Below, piece after piece: positions 19,108-29,412 of a DNA stretch of 64,000 nucleotides. This DNA comes from Gloeobacterales cyanobacterium (GTDB lineage: Bacteria > Cyanobacteriota > Cyanobacteriia > Gloeobacterales > PMM-0068): NCBI GenBank assembly GCA_038245785.1, contig JBBRSB010000006.1, forward strand, positions 64,001-128,000, written 5' to 3'. The translations under genes were made by a program, and so were the position numbers. The notes under the pieces are model-generated. The model was not told the DNA's origin. It saw only the letters and a list, made by a program, of their open reading frames with translations, and made no database searches. Within the stretch, counting starts at the first letter, position 1, and every line of letters begins with the position of its first letter.

Positions 19108-21021
19108 ATGGCAAAAGTAGTTGGCATAGATTTGGGAACCACCAACTCCGTAGTAGCAGTACTGGAGGGTGGACAACCCACCGTTATTCCCAATGCAGAA
19201 GGGAACCGCACTACGCCTTCCGTGGTGGCTTTTACCAAAGGAGGAGAGCGCTTGGTTGGGCAGATTGCCCGTCGCCAGTCTGTCTTGAACTCCGAAAACA
19301 CTTTCTATTCGGTCAAGCGTTTCATCGGTCGTAATACCGGCGAAGTAAGCACCGAAGCGAAGCAAGTGCCTTATCAGGTAAAAGACTCTGGAGGCAAGGT
19401 TAAGATTTCTAGCCCGTTGGCGGGCAAGGACATGGCCCCTGAAGAAATCTCCGCAATGGTACTTCGCAAGCTGGTGGACGACGCAAGCACTTACTTGGGT
19501 GAGAAAGTCACTCAGGCCGTAATTACAGTCCCGGCATATTTCAATGACGCTCAGCGCCAAGCGACCAAGGATGCAGGCAAGATTGCCGGTATTGATGTTC
19601 TGCGGATTATCAATGAACCAACTGCTGCTTCCCTGGCCTACGGATTAGACAGAAAAGCTAACGAAACTATCTTGGTCTTTGACCTTGGTGGTGGGACCTT
19701 CGACGTCTCTGTCTTGGAAGTTGGGGATGGCATTTTCGAAGTGAAATCTACTTCTGGGGATACTCACCTGGGAGGGGATGACTTTGATCGCCACATTGTG
19801 GACTGGATGGCCGATGAATTTAAAAAGTTGGAAGGGATTGACCTGCGCCAAGACCGTCAAGCGCTCCAGCGACTGACAGAAGCGGCTGAAAAAGCAAAGA
19901 TCGAGCTTTCTGCCGTTACCGAAACTACGATCAATCTTCCCTTCATTACGGCGACCCAGGACGGGCCCAAGCATCTAGAACTCAAGCTCACTAGAGGCAA
20001 ATTTGAAGAAATTTGTTCTGACTTGATCGAGCGTTGCCGCGTTCCGGTGCAACAGGCGCTTAAAGATGCCAAAATCTCTTTGGATCAACTGGATGAAGTC
20101 GTCCTGGTTGGCGGTTCTACTCGCATCCCAGCGGTTAAAGAGGTGGTTAAGCGGCTGACAAACAAAGAGCCGAACCAAACCGTTAACCCCGATGAAGTTG
20201 TTGCCATTGGTGCTGCGATTCAGGCTGGGGTCTTGGCTGGTGAGGTCAAGGATATTCTGCTCCTGGATGTCACTCCGCTATCCCTGGGCGTTGAAACGCT
20301 GGGTGGAGTCGCGACTAAGCTGATCCCTCGCAACACGACCATCCCTACGAAAAAGTCTGAAACCTTCTCTACGGCAGCAGATGGCCAGACTTCGGTCGAG
20401 ATCCACGTCGTCCAAGGTGAACGGGAGATGGCTGGAGATAACAAGTCTCTTGGTCGTTTCCGCCTAGACGGTATCCCTCCTGCTCCCCGAGGTGTGCCTC
20501 AAGTCGAAGTCACTTTTGACATTGATGCCAACGGGATCCTGGCTGTCGTAGCGAAAGATAAGGCTTCTGGGAAAGAGCAGAGCATCACGATCACGGGCGC
20601 TTCCACCCTCGACAAGATGGATGTGGAACGCATGGTTCGGGATGCTGAGACAAACTCAGCGGCAGATAAGCAGCGTCGGGAAGAGGTAGACCTCAAGAAC
20701 GAAGCGGACTCTCTGACTTTCTCTGCAGAACGCCAGATCAAAGAGTTCGGTGACCGTGTACCGCCAGAAGACAAGACAAAGGTGGAAACCTTAGTCACGG
20801 ATCTTCGGGCTGCGATCAATATCAATGATATAGAGAAGATCAAATCCCTTAAAGAAGAACTGCAGCAGGCTGTTTATGGCTTGTCTTCCAAGCTCTATCA
20901 GGAGTCTGGTGGCCCAACGGCCAGTGCTGAGCCCACCGGGGAACCGGGAGCAGGCCCTAGCCCGGAAGGCAAAGGTCCCGATGATGATGTAATTGACGCT
21001 GACTTTACCGAAGTTAAGTAA
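19108..21021 (+). CDS. dnaK: Chaperone DnaK
   Basis: [26 protein letters not shown]-terminal DDVIDADF. Confidence 0.99.
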   Translation: MAKVVGIDLGTTNSVVAVLEGGQPTVIPNAEGNRTTPSVVAFTKGGERLVGQIARRQSVLNSENTFYSVKRFIGRNTGEVSTEAKQVPYQVKDSGGKVKISSPLAGKDMAPEEISAMVLRKLVDDASTYLGEKVTQAVITVPAYFNDAQRQATKDAGKIAGIDVLRIINEPTAASLAYGLDRKANETILVFDLGGGTFDVSVLEVGDGIFEVKSTSGDTHLGGDDFDRHIVDWMADEFKKLEGIDLRQDRQALQRLTEAAEKAKIELSAVTETTINLPFITATQDGPKHLELKLTRGKFEEICSDLIERCRVPVQQALKDAKISLDQLDEVVLVGGSTRIPAVKEVVKRLTNKEPNQTVNPDEVVAIGAAIQAGVLAGEVKDILLLDVTPLSLGVETLGGVATKLIPRNTTIPTKKSETFSTAADGQTSVEIHVVQGEREMAGDNKSLGRFRLDGIPPAPRGVPQVEVTFDIDANGILAVVAKDKASGKEQSITITGASTLDKMDVERMVRDAETNSAADKQRREEVDLKNEADSLTFSAERQIKEFGDRVPPEDKTKVETLVTDLRAAININDIEKIKSLKEELQQAVYGLSSKLYQESGGPTASAEPTGEPGAGPSPEGKGPDDDVIDADFTEVK

Positions 21022-21034
21022 GTGTCTTGATCAG

Positions 21035-21071
21035 AAAGCACTCAGAGTCACAAAGGCTCTGAGTGCTTTTT
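21035..21071 (+). terminator. Intrinsic terminator after dnaK
   Basis: 13-bp stem AAAGCACTCAGAG/CTCTGAGTGCTTT with T tail. Confidence 0.8.
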
Positions 21072-21092
21072 AGCGAATACAATACAAAGACT

Positions 21093-21566
21093 ATGCGCAT
21101 TGGTAATGGCTACGATATTCATCGGCTTGTAGAAGGCCGTGACCTGATTCTGGGGGGGGTCCTCATCCCTTTTCAAAAAGGACTCTTGGGGCATAGTGAT
21201 GCAGATGTTCTAACCCACGCAATCATGGATGCTCTTTTAGGAGCATTGGCTTTAGGCGATATCGGTCAATACTTTCCTCCGACCGATGAACAATGGCGGG
21301 GAGCCAATAGTCTTGTGCTTTTGCAAAAAGTGATGGAATTGGTCCAAACCCGTGGCTACTGCGTTCGTAATGTAGATACGATAATCGTGGCAGAAGCTCC
21401 AAAAATGCGTCCACACATTATCCATATTCAAGAAAAGCTAGCCACCGCGATGGGAATTACTATTCAACAAGTAGGGGTAAAAGCAACGACGCAGGAAGGC
21501 TTAGGGCCTATTGGGGAAGGACAAGCAATCTGTGCCTATGCAGTTGTCCTTTTGGAAGAATGCTAA
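21093..21566 (+). CDS. ispF: 2-C-methyl-D-erythritol 2,4-cyclodiphosphate synthase
   Basis: [32 protein letters not shown]. Confidence 0.97.
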   Translation: MRIGNGYDIHRLVEGRDLILGGVLIPFQKGLLGHSDADVLTHAIMDALLGALALGDIGQYFPPTDEQWRGANSLVLLQKVMELVQTRGYCVRNVDTIIVAEAPKMRPHIIHIQEKLATAMGITIQQVGVKATTQEGLGPIGEGQAICAYAVVLLEEC

Positions 21567-21652
21567 CGCATGACTATTTTGTAAAACAAAATGCATCAGC
21601 ATTGAGCTAAGTTTGTTGGCTAGTTGTCCCTAACGAATCGTAAAAGGTTGTC

Positions 21653-22618
21653 ATGACCATGCCTCAGCCTGAGACTACTCCTGATTTAGGTATTTTGCAG
21701 CCTGAAGATTATGATTTGAAGCAGGTCCGTTGGGTCCTGTGGCTTACCCTTGGCCTCAATATCCTGGTGATGTTGGTTAAAGCATTCCTCGGTTTCTCTG
21801 CGGGGTCTTTGAGTCTTTTAGCAGATGCCCTGCATTCCTTTACAGATTCCGGTAGCAATGTTTTGGGCTTAACAGCGCTGTCTATGGCCTCCCCTTCGCC
21901 TGATGCAGACCATCCATACGGGCATCAAAAATTTGAAACCTTGGGAACCATAGGAGTCGTCAGTTTTTTGTGCTTCGCCTGTTATGAGATTGTCCGGATG
22001 GCTGTGGAGCGACTAGCGGGAGGAACGCCGCCAAAGCTAACAGCCGGGACTTTTATCGGGTTAGGACTGGTCTTTGCAGTCAATGTCTTTACGGCTTGGT
22101 ATGAGCATCGGGAAGGACACCGCTTGGGCAGTGAGTTCTTGATCGCCGATGCGGCCCATACTCAGAGCGATATTTGGGTGACGATCTTAGTGGCGTCTGG
22201 GCTGATCGGAGTTTGGTTAGGGGTTCCTTGGCTAGATGTTGCGCTCTGTTTTCCAGTAGCAGCGCTGGTGCTTAAGAGCGCTTGGGATATCCTTCAACGC
22301 AACATTCCTCTTCTCGTAGACGAAGCAGCCCTAGACTATCGAGAAGTGGCTCAGGTAGTCATGCAAGAGCCAGGCGTAGTGGATTGTCATGATGTAGCTA
22401 CCCGTGGGCAACATGGTAAACGATTATTTATCGAACTGCATATTACGGTTGCTCCCCAGATGTCTGTGGCAGAAGCTCATATCCTGACCGAACGCTTAGA
22501 AGAGCGTTTGCACAGAAAGTTTGGCTCTGCTCGGATTACAACCCATGTAGAACCGAGTACGGTACTCAAAGATGTCAATCATGAATACCATCTGGATTTT
22601 GGTAATCAGAAATCCTAG
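21653..22618 (+). CDS. Cation diffusion facilitator family transporter
   Basis: ADALHSFTD, HPYGHQKFE, ADAAHTQSD, THVEP. Confidence 0.93.
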   Translation: MTMPQPETTPDLGILQPEDYDLKQVRWVLWLTLGLNILVMLVKAFLGFSAGSLSLLADALHSFTDSGSNVLGLTALSMASPSPDADHPYGHQKFETLGTIGVVSFLCFACYEIVRMAVERLAGGTPPKLTAGTFIGLGLVFAVNVFTAWYEHREGHRLGSEFLIADAAHTQSDIWVTILVASGLIGVWLGVPWLDVALCFPVAALVLKSAWDILQRNIPLLVDEAALDYREVAQVVMQEPGVVDCHDVATRGQHGKRLFIELHITVAPQMSVAEAHILTERLEERLHRKFGSARITTHVEPSTVLKDVNHEYHLDFGNQKS

Positions 22619-23559
22619 TCGTCTCGATGAGCTTCCCACCAGGCAATAGTCCGCTTCAAACCTTCTCTAAAGGACATTTGTGCCTTGAAACCAAAAAGTT
22701 TTTCTGCTTTTTGGGTATCTAGACAACGGCGGGGTTGACCATTAGGTTTATCGGCTTGCCACTGAATTTTGCCTTCGAATTCCATCAAGTCTGCGAGCAT
22801 CTCGACCAAGTCTTTGATCGAGATTTCGTAGTTGGTACCTAGGTTGACAGGCTCTGAACCATCGTAATGCTCCGTCGCCATGACAATCCCTCGCGCCGCA
22901 TCCTCAACATAGAGAAACTCGCGGGTTGGAGAGCCATCTCCCCAAACAGCGACGACATCATCTTTGCGTTGCTTGGCTTCATCGAGCTTGCGGATCAAAG
23001 CCGGGATCACATGGGAAGAATCAGGATTGAAGTTATCCCAAGGACCGTAAAGATTTACGGGAAGGAGATAGACCCCAGACAATCCATATTGCTGACGGTA
23101 GGCATCCAATTGGACCAACAGTGCTTTTTTGGCTATGCCATAGGGGGCGTTGGTTTCCTCCGGATAACCATTCCAAAGATCTTCTTCTTTGAAGGGGACA
23201 GGGGTAAATTTAGGATAGGCACAAATAGTGCCGACCACGACAACTTTGCTAAGCCCTGTCAGATGAGCCTGATGAATTAGGTTCACGCCCATCATCAGGT
23301 TGTCATAGAACAATTCTCCCGGTTTTTTTTGATTTAAACCGATGCCACCCACATGGGCAGCTAGGTGAATCGCAACATCTTTACCAGCCAAAGCCGATTT
23401 GCAGTTTGCTTCTAAACGCAGGTCACAGTCTTTGGAGCGAGGGGTGGAAATATTAGCCGGGTCAGCCCCGGCTTCAATCAAGGATTGAACAACGTGGCGA
23501 CCCAAAAAACCAGAACCGCCACTGACTAGAATATTCTTTCCTGCTAAGTCCATTGTCAT
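22615..23559 (-). CDS. fcl: GDP-L-fucose synthase
   Basis: GGSGFLG, HLAAHVGGIG, YGIAK, NLYGP, SHVIPALIRK; coupled to gmd. Confidence 0.93.
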   Translation of the reverse strand: MTMDLAGKNILVSGGSGFLGRHVVQSLIEAGADPANISTPRSKDCDLRLEANCKSALAGKDVAIHLAAHVGGIGLNQKKPGELFYDNLMMGVNLIHQAHLTGLSKVVVVGTICAYPKFTPVPFKEEDLWNGYPEETNAPYGIAKKALLVQLDAYRQQYGLSGVYLLPVNLYGPWDNFNPDSSHVIPALIRKLDEAKQRKDDVVAVWGDGSPTREFLYVEDAARGIVMATEHYDGSEPVNLGTNYEISIKDLVEMLADLMEFEGKIQWQADKPNGQPRRCLDTQKAEKLFGFKAQMSFREGLKRTIAWWEAHRDD

Positions 23560-24662
23560 TACCCTACAACCCCGTCCGCAACAGCACTGCCAGAGCGAAC
23601 TAAAGCTCTGTCACTACGAGGTTTACCAGATATGCCCATTGCTTGCAGGTCAGCATCTACCATCAACTCTACGAGCTCGGTGAAACTCGTACGCAACTTC
23701 CAATTTAGTTTGGTCTTGGCCTTCGTGGGGTTGCCTAAGAGCAGGTCTACTTCTGTGGGCCGGAAATAGCGGGGATCGATCTTAATCAGAGTCTTACCGG
23801 TCTCCGCGTGCAGTCCTTGTTCTTCGACTCCAGAGCCTTTCCACTCCAAAGGAATTCCTGCTCGCGTAAAGGCTAATTCGCAAAACTCTCGAACACTGTG
23901 GGTTTCCCCGGTGGCGATTACATAGTCGTCGGCTTCAGGCTGTTGCAGCATCAGCCACATGGCCTCTACATAGTCTTTGGCATAGCCCCAATCCCGCTTG
24001 GCATCTAAATTACCTAGATACATAAGGTCTTGCTCTCCAGCGGCAATACGGGCCAGAGAACGCGTAATTTTGCGAGTGACGAAGGTTTCACCACGACGAG
24101 GAGATTCATGGTTGAACAAAATACCGTTGGAAGCATGCATGTTGTAGGCTTCCCGGTAGTTTACAGTTAGCCAAAAACTATAGACTTTGGCAACTCCATA
24201 GGGAGAACGAGGATAGAAGGGCGTATCTTCGTCTTGAGGCACAGCGAGCACTTTGCCATACATTTCAGAGCTGGAAGCCTGATAGAAGCGAATGTTTGAG
24301 TCAACCGTGCGAATGGTCTCCAGGAGCCGAGTCGTACCCAGTCCTGTGGTATCTCCAGTGTATTCTGGCTCATCAAAGCTCACCCGGACATGGGACTGAG
24401 CAGCCAAATGATAAACTTCCTCAGGCTGCGTGTTGGAGACTACGCGAAAGATTGATTGAGCGTCGGTCAGGTCGCCGTAGTGCAAGAAAAGCTTGGTATC
24501 AGGGAGATGGGGGTCTCTGTAGAGATGATCGATCCGGTCTGTGCTGAACGTGCTGCTGCGGCGGATAATACCGTGGACCTCATAGCCTTTCCCTAACAGA
24601 AGTTCGGCTAAATAAGAGCCATCTTGGCCTGTGATTCCAGTGATGAGAGCACGCTTTGACAT
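23559..24662 (-). CDS. gmd: GDP-mannose 4,6-dehydratase
   Basis: [42 protein letters not shown]. Confidence 0.98.
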   Translation of the reverse strand: MSKRALITGITGQDGSYLAELLLGKGYEVHGIIRRSSTFSTDRIDHLYRDPHLPDTKLFLHYGDLTDAQSIFRVVSNTQPEEVYHLAAQSHVRVSFDEPEYTGDTTGLGTTRLLETIRTVDSNIRFYQASSSEMYGKVLAVPQDEDTPFYPRSPYGVAKVYSFWLTVNYREAYNMHASNGILFNHESPRRGETFVTRKITRSLARIAAGEQDLMYLGNLDAKRDWGYAKDYVEAMWLMLQQPEADDYVIATGETHSVREFCELAFTRAGIPLEWKGSGVEEQGLHAETGKTLIKIDPRYFRPTEVDLLLGNPTKAKTKLNWKLRTSFTELVELMVDADLQAMGISGKPRSDRALVRSGSAVADGVVG

Positions 24663-24849
24663 GTCTGAAGTCCTACGAGTAATGGGGCGAGAGATAGAGC
24701 AATTACTCAGAGGAAAACCATAAGCCTCCGCTGACTAATACTCTTACAAGAACTGTTATTAGGATGCAATCTATCCTACATTCTCACAAGTACCATCCGT
24801 GCCTCCCTTAGGCTGTATAAGGTTACGGTGAACGATGAAGAAATCTTCC

Positions 24850-25815
24850 CTATATTCTCCCTCGGGCAATACGTCCGAGAAGAGCACCTTCAGCGACACT
24901 TGGATTGACTCTAAGCGTGAACAGATAACCTTCGCTGGGCATAGTTATCTCTACTGAAGCAAGGGTCACCGGATTGATGATGTGTCCCAGTATCTGGCGT
25001 GCATATACCTGTTGGCCTACGTCGATACCTTCCACTGGAACAAATAGACCCCCTAGAGGAGCACTGATATGGTCAACTCCTGTTTCGGAAACGATCATGG
25101 CCCGGCGTCTAGGTGGGAGCGGACGGTCTGTTTGGAGAATATTTAAGGCGACACAGAGCCTGAGAATTCCTTCATAGATACGCTCTGCCCAACGACGAAC
25201 AATTCTGCGGCCTGTTCCAGTTTCTAAGACTAAAACTTGCTTTTGTTTTTCATAAAGAGATTTGGCAAGGCTACCTGCAATCCAGTTTTGAGCAGAGTGG
25301 GTCCACACCAAATCCAGGCCCATGACTTTTGCGTCTTCCAAGGCGGTTCGTTCTTCTACGACCCGCAGTTGAGGAACTTCCTTCAGAAAACTATTGGAGC
25401 TGTGAATATCTAGACAGACATCAGCCGTCAGGCACTCATAGATGACCGCCGCCGTTATCTGTTCTTCAAGTACGCCTTGAGCGTTACCAGGAAAATTGCG
25501 GTTGAGATCACAGTTGCTCAAGGGAAAAAGTCGCTCTCCTAGAACAGTTCCCCAGGGATTTACGTTCGGAAGCAGCGTAATGCTCCCTTTTAAGCGCCAT
25601 CCTTTAGGGAGGTCTTGCAAAAACTGATGAAGTAGCGCACAGACATAGGCCCCATCCAATTCATCGCCGTGCAGTCCAGTAATGATTACTAAAGACTCTG
25701 GACCAGGATCCGTCGAAGGCTGGTATCGGTGCCGCCATAGCGCTACCGTCTGGCTAAAAGGAAGTTCTAGCGAGAGAATACACTCTGTTTTATGCACGAC
25801 AGAACTCTTGGCCAT
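24850..25815 (-). CDS. Succinylglutamate desuccinylase/aspartoacylase (M14-like) family protein
   Basis: GLHGDE, DLNRNFPG, LDIHS, catalytic Glu in VLETG; C-terminal biotinyl-like domain. Confidence 0.85.
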   Translation of the reverse strand: MAKSSVVHKTECILSLELPFSQTVALWRHRYQPSTDPGPESLVIITGLHGDELDGAYVCALLHQFLQDLPKGWRLKGSITLLPNVNPWGTVLGERLFPLSNCDLNRNFPGNAQGVLEEQITAAVIYECLTADVCLDIHSSNSFLKEVPQLRVVEERTALEDAKVMGLDLVWTHSAQNWIAGSLAKSLYEKQKQVLVLETGTGRRIVRRWAERIYEGILRLCVALNILQTDRPLPPRRRAMIVSETGVDHISAPLGGLFVPVEGIDVGQQVYARQILGHIINPVTLASVEITMPSEGYLFTLRVNPSVAEGALLGRIARGRI

Positions 25816-25860
25816 AGAAAAAACGACAGGCTATTACCCAAGGATTATCCCAGTTGCTGG

Positions 25861-26421
25861 TTACTCATGAGTTATGCCGTTCGGCATAATCGCCCAGTGC
25901 AAGTCTATCTTTGACATTTCCAGTCGAGCTAGGTCTAGTTGGGTTTTTCTCAAGTTTGCTCCACGAAGAATAGTCCCATTCAATTTGGTATCCATAAGGT
26001 TGGCCTTGCTGAGGTCAGCCCCGCTGAGGTTTGCTCCCGTGAGATCAGCCCAGCTCAAGTCCGCTTCACTGAGGTCGGCTTCCGTCAGTTCTGCCTGCTC
26101 CAAATAAGCTCCGCGCAAGGTAGCAAGCCTTAGTTTTGTATTGAGTAAATTAGCCCCATGCAGATTCGCTCCTGTCAGATTGGCCCCACTAAAATTGGTG
26201 CTACTCAAGTTAGCCTGTCTAAAATCAACGCCACTTAGATCGGCACCACTAAAATCAGCACCTCTCAAATCAGTTCTCCACAGTCTGGCCCCGCTTAGGT
26301 CAATTTCCCGGAAAATCCGCTCTCCCTGAGCGTAGCGTTTTAGAATTTCATTAGCATCGATCATTGCTCGATTCGCCCACCATTCTGAAGGCGAAAACAT
26401 CATCGGGGAATCCATAGACAA
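25861..26421 (-). CDS. Pentapeptide repeat protein
   Basis: Tandem A(D/N)LxG repeats after the lead-in LKRYAQGERIF. Confidence 0.93.
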   Translation of the reverse strand: MSMDSPMMFSPSEWWANRAMIDANEILKRYAQGERIFREIDLSGARLWRTDLRGADFSGADLSGVDFRQANLSSTNFSGANLTGANLHGANLLNTKLRLATLRGAYLEQAELTEADLSEADLSWADLTGANLSGADLSKANLMDTKLNGTILRGANLRKTQLDLARLEMSKIDLHWAIMPNGITHE

Positions 26422-26437
26422 CCTCTTTGAGGGGACT

Positions 26438-26785
26438 TTAATCTAGAGTGACTAGAACGTCCTCGCCCCTCACTTGGACTGGATAACAAGGGATAGATCG
26501 AACATCCTGTTTAAGAAAAGCCAGGTCAGTAGGATAGACATTGCGGGGATAAAGGTTTTCTCCAGTCTTGACATCGTAGAGATAGTGATGCCAAGGGCAT
26601 TCCAGCGTACCCCCCCACAATTTCCCTTCGACCAGAGGAGCCGCTTTGTGGGGGCAACGGCTATCTAAAGCATAGAACGCTCCCTCTATATGGACCAGAA
26701 GCACCTGCCGCCCCTGAAAAGCAAAGGTCTGCATCGTGCCTGGCGCGAGGCTACGGACCTGAGCAATTTTAATGAACTGAGGCAT
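26438..26785 (-). CDS. Rieske [2Fe-2S] ferredoxin
   Basis: CPH...CPWH ligand motifs. Confidence 0.92.
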   Translation of the reverse strand: MPQFIKIAQVRSLAPGTMQTFAFQGRQVLLVHIEGAFYALDSRCPHKAAPLVEGKLWGGTLECPWHHYLYDVKTGENLYPRNVYPTDLAFLKQDVRSIPCYPVQVRGEDVLVTLD

Positions 26786-26848
26786 ACACCTAGTCCCTCC
26801 TCCCCTCTGAGCGAATGCTAGTTGATTTGCTCAAAGGGGCAAGACCTA

Positions 26849-27427
26849 CTAATTCCGGCTGTGACCTTTGGGTACGACCAGGAAACGGGAAGTATAGGGG
26901 GATTCGCCTGGGGTACCACGACGGAAGTGACCGGAGGGTCCTTCGCCAAGATATTCGGAGAACCATGCCTCATGCTCGATTTCCTCATTGAGAATGGCTA
27001 AGGCCAGCTCATAGGTCCGATGGTCTTTGCCAAAGGTCATCTCACAAATATCGGTATAGACCCTCACGGCACAACGTTCAGCTCCCACCAAGACCTTGAG
27101 CATCTCTTTCATGTCTTGAGGGTCCTGAGGCAGATAGGCATCTGGGCAGGCCGCCTCCGAGGCAAAATCCCGTAGATCGCGGGGAAGTTCTCCTCCCAAT
27201 TCATAGATCCTTGGAAGCAAAGCTTCAAAGTGATTACGGTCTTCCAGACGTGCATCCTCAATAATCTCTTTCAGCCCCTCACCATCGAAGCCAATCGCAT
27301 TCACCCGCAGGATGGTGTAGTAGTAATAGGTCGTAAACTCAGCTGCTGCTGCACGGACTAACTTTTTTCTCAACTCATCGATATCAACACCAGCATTCTG
27401 GACAACTTCCTGTGCAACCTTCGCCAT
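26849..27427 (-). CDS. DPS-like (DPSL, thioferritin) ferritin-family protein
   Basis: [49 protein letters not shown] and PSGHFRR match the Sulfolobus/Pyrococcus DPSL pattern. Confidence 0.9.
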   Translation of the reverse strand: MAKVAQEVVQNAGVDIDELRKKLVRAAAAEFTTYYYYTILRVNAIGFDGEGLKEIIEDARLEDRNHFEALLPRIYELGGELPRDLRDFASEAACPDAYLPQDPQDMKEMLKVLVGAERCAVRVYTDICEMTFGKDHRTYELALAILNEEIEHEAWFSEYLGEGPSGHFRRGTPGESPYTSRFLVVPKGHSRN

Positions 27428-27658
27428 GATCTTCCTCCTTAAAAACAGGTCAAGAAAGATTCTGCTTAGTAGCTACAGGGCCAGGACTCACTCACACTAG
27501 GGCCGCAGCCGCTAAGCGAAGTCATACTGAATACAATTTACATCAGGCTATGGTCAAGGCCATGAGTACCATTGCTTACGCTCACAGATCTTCTTAAAGG
27601 ACTCAATTAGCGATCAACCCGTAGTCTTGCCTTCAATGTAGTTTTCGAGCTTATAAAA

Positions 27659-27700
27659 TGTAAAAATTTTTACAAAAAAAGTTAAAAGAATCTATAAATT
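27659..27700 (+). promoter_or_regulatory. NtcA-type box with downstream -10 element
   Basis: Perfect palindrome TGTA-AAAATTTT-TACA (27659-27674); TAN3T (TAAATT) 21 nt after TAC. Confidence 0.6.
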
Positions 27701-27871
27701 TCTACCTAGAGAGGGAGAGTGAAATGAGCGCGCACTCGAAACCTCGGGTATCCTAATAGCCTGAGACCTTCAGGGAAAGGCAATGCTGCCTGGCCTAGCT
27801 GCCTATTGCCAAAGACCTGATCTTTCCGTTAAGATGTACTCATTATGACTTCGACTAAAGGAAAGTAAATT

Positions 27872-29254
27872 ATGGTTGAAAACTTAGTCATCATCGGGTC
27901 TGGTCCTGCTGGCTATACAGCGGCTATCTACGCGGGGCGGGCAAATCTAAAACCTCTGGTGTTCGAAGGTTTTCAGGCAGGAGGCATCCCCGGTGGCCAA
28001 TTAATGACTACCACTGAAGTCGAAAATTTCCCTGGTTTTCCTGAAGGGATTCAGGGGCCAGATCTAATGCATCGTACCCGTGCCCAGGCAGAACGTTGGG
28101 GGGCAGAAATCATCACAGAAGATGTTGTCTCGGTAGACCTGAGTAAGCGTCCTTTCACCGTTAAGTCGGAAACGCTGGAAGTCCAAGCCCATAGCATCAT
28201 TATTGCTACTGGAGCCACGGCCAAACGGCTAAACCTGCCTGGGGAAGAAGAATTCTGGAACAAGGGGATCTCAGCCTGCGCTATCTGTGATGGCACGATT
28301 CCAATATTCCGTAATGCAGAGCTGGCGATTATTGGCGGAGGGGATACAGCCGCAGAAGAAGCTGTTTATCTGACAAAGTACGGCTCTAGGGTGCACATGC
28401 TCGTCCGTAGAGACCAGATGCGCGCTTCTAAAGCGATGCAAGATAGGGTTCTGCGTCATCACAAAATCAAAGTCCACTGGAACACCACGCCTCTTGCTGT
28501 TTACGGAGATGATGTGGTAAAAGGCATCAAAATCCAAAATACGCAGACAGAAGAAGTTTCCGATCTTCCAGTCCGGGGGCTGTTCTATGCAGTGGGTCAC
28601 ACTCCTAATACCAACGTATTTAAAGGGCAAATTGCTCTGGACGAAGTGGGCTACATCGTCACCGAAGGTAAATCCGTCGAAACCAGTGTAGAAGGAGTCT
28701 TTGCCGCCGGTGATGTACAGGACCACGAATACCGCCAAGCAGTTACAGCAGCAGGTACAGGCTGTATGGCCGCCTTACTCGCAGAACGATGGTTGTCGGC
28801 TCAGGGTCTACTCCAAGAGCATCATTCGGCAAAAGAGACCACCGAGACTACAACCGCTCACGTAGAGCCGGAGCCCAAGTCAGAACAGCCAGAAACCCAA
28901 GCTAGTGTTCCGGCTTCAGAGCATTTCTCCTTGAACGAGACGTTCTTTGAGGGAGGCTACGCCCTAAGAAAGCTTTACCATGAGTCTGACAAGCTGATTA
29001 TGGTCAAGTATGGTGCACCCGAATGTGGTCCTTGCCATATGCTCAAACCAATTCTCAAGAAAGTAGCTTCGGAGTTTGAAGGCAAGCTTCATGCTGTAGA
29101 GATCGACATCGAAGCCGAGCCGGAAATGGCTGAAGCCACAGGAGTGACGGGGACTCCTACGGTGATGTTTTTCAAAAATAAAGAAATGGTCAGCCGTCTG
29201 GTGGGAATGAAACCGAAGAAGGAGTATCAGGAAATCATCCTGAAGCACCTTTAA
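27872..29254 (+). CDS. ntrC: NADPH-dependent thioredoxin reductase with fused thioredoxin (NTRC type)
   Basis: GSGPAG, CAIC, GGGDTA and VRRDQMR motifs plus a C-terminal Trx domain with CGPC. Confidence 0.9.
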   Translation: MVENLVIIGSGPAGYTAAIYAGRANLKPLVFEGFQAGGIPGGQLMTTTEVENFPGFPEGIQGPDLMHRTRAQAERWGAEIITEDVVSVDLSKRPFTVKSETLEVQAHSIIIATGATAKRLNLPGEEEFWNKGISACAICDGTIPIFRNAELAIIGGGDTAAEEAVYLTKYGSRVHMLVRRDQMRASKAMQDRVLRHHKIKVHWNTTPLAVYGDDVVKGIKIQNTQTEEVSDLPVRGLFYAVGHTPNTNVFKGQIALDEVGYIVTEGKSVETSVEGVFAAGDVQDHEYRQAVTAAGTGCMAALLAERWLSAQGLLQEHHSAKETTETTTAHVEPEPKSEQPETQASVPASEHFSLNETFFEGGYALRKLYHESDKLIMVKYGAPECGPCHMLKPILKKVASEFEGKLHAVEIDIEAEPEMAEATGVTGTPTVMFFKNKEMVSRLVGMKPKKEYQEIILKHL

Positions 29255-29412
29255 GGACCTTCGTTGTCCCCAGTCGAGATCTTCACGCTCTAGACCCTTG
29301 GCTGGAGCGTGAATTTTTATAGACACAGCGCTCAGGTAGAGAGTGTGGCAGAATTACTCCGGGTCCATCATTTATATCTTGATTACCTAGCCCTACTCTT
29401 CTGAGCTTCTTC

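Noticed and set aside
19063..20843. Several long antisense ORFs inside dnaK
   Set aside because: Typical antisense shadows of a conserved, codon-biased gene; no RBS or motifs
21037..21067. AGCACTC...GAGTGCT arms after dnaK resemble a CIRCE element
   Set aside because: The spacer is 17 nt rather than 9, it lies downstream of the gene and has a T tail; better explained as a terminator
25874..26329. Repetitive plus-strand ORFs and DNA periodicity
   Set aside because: Antisense reflection of the pentapeptide repeat gene; not CRISPR or satellite DNA
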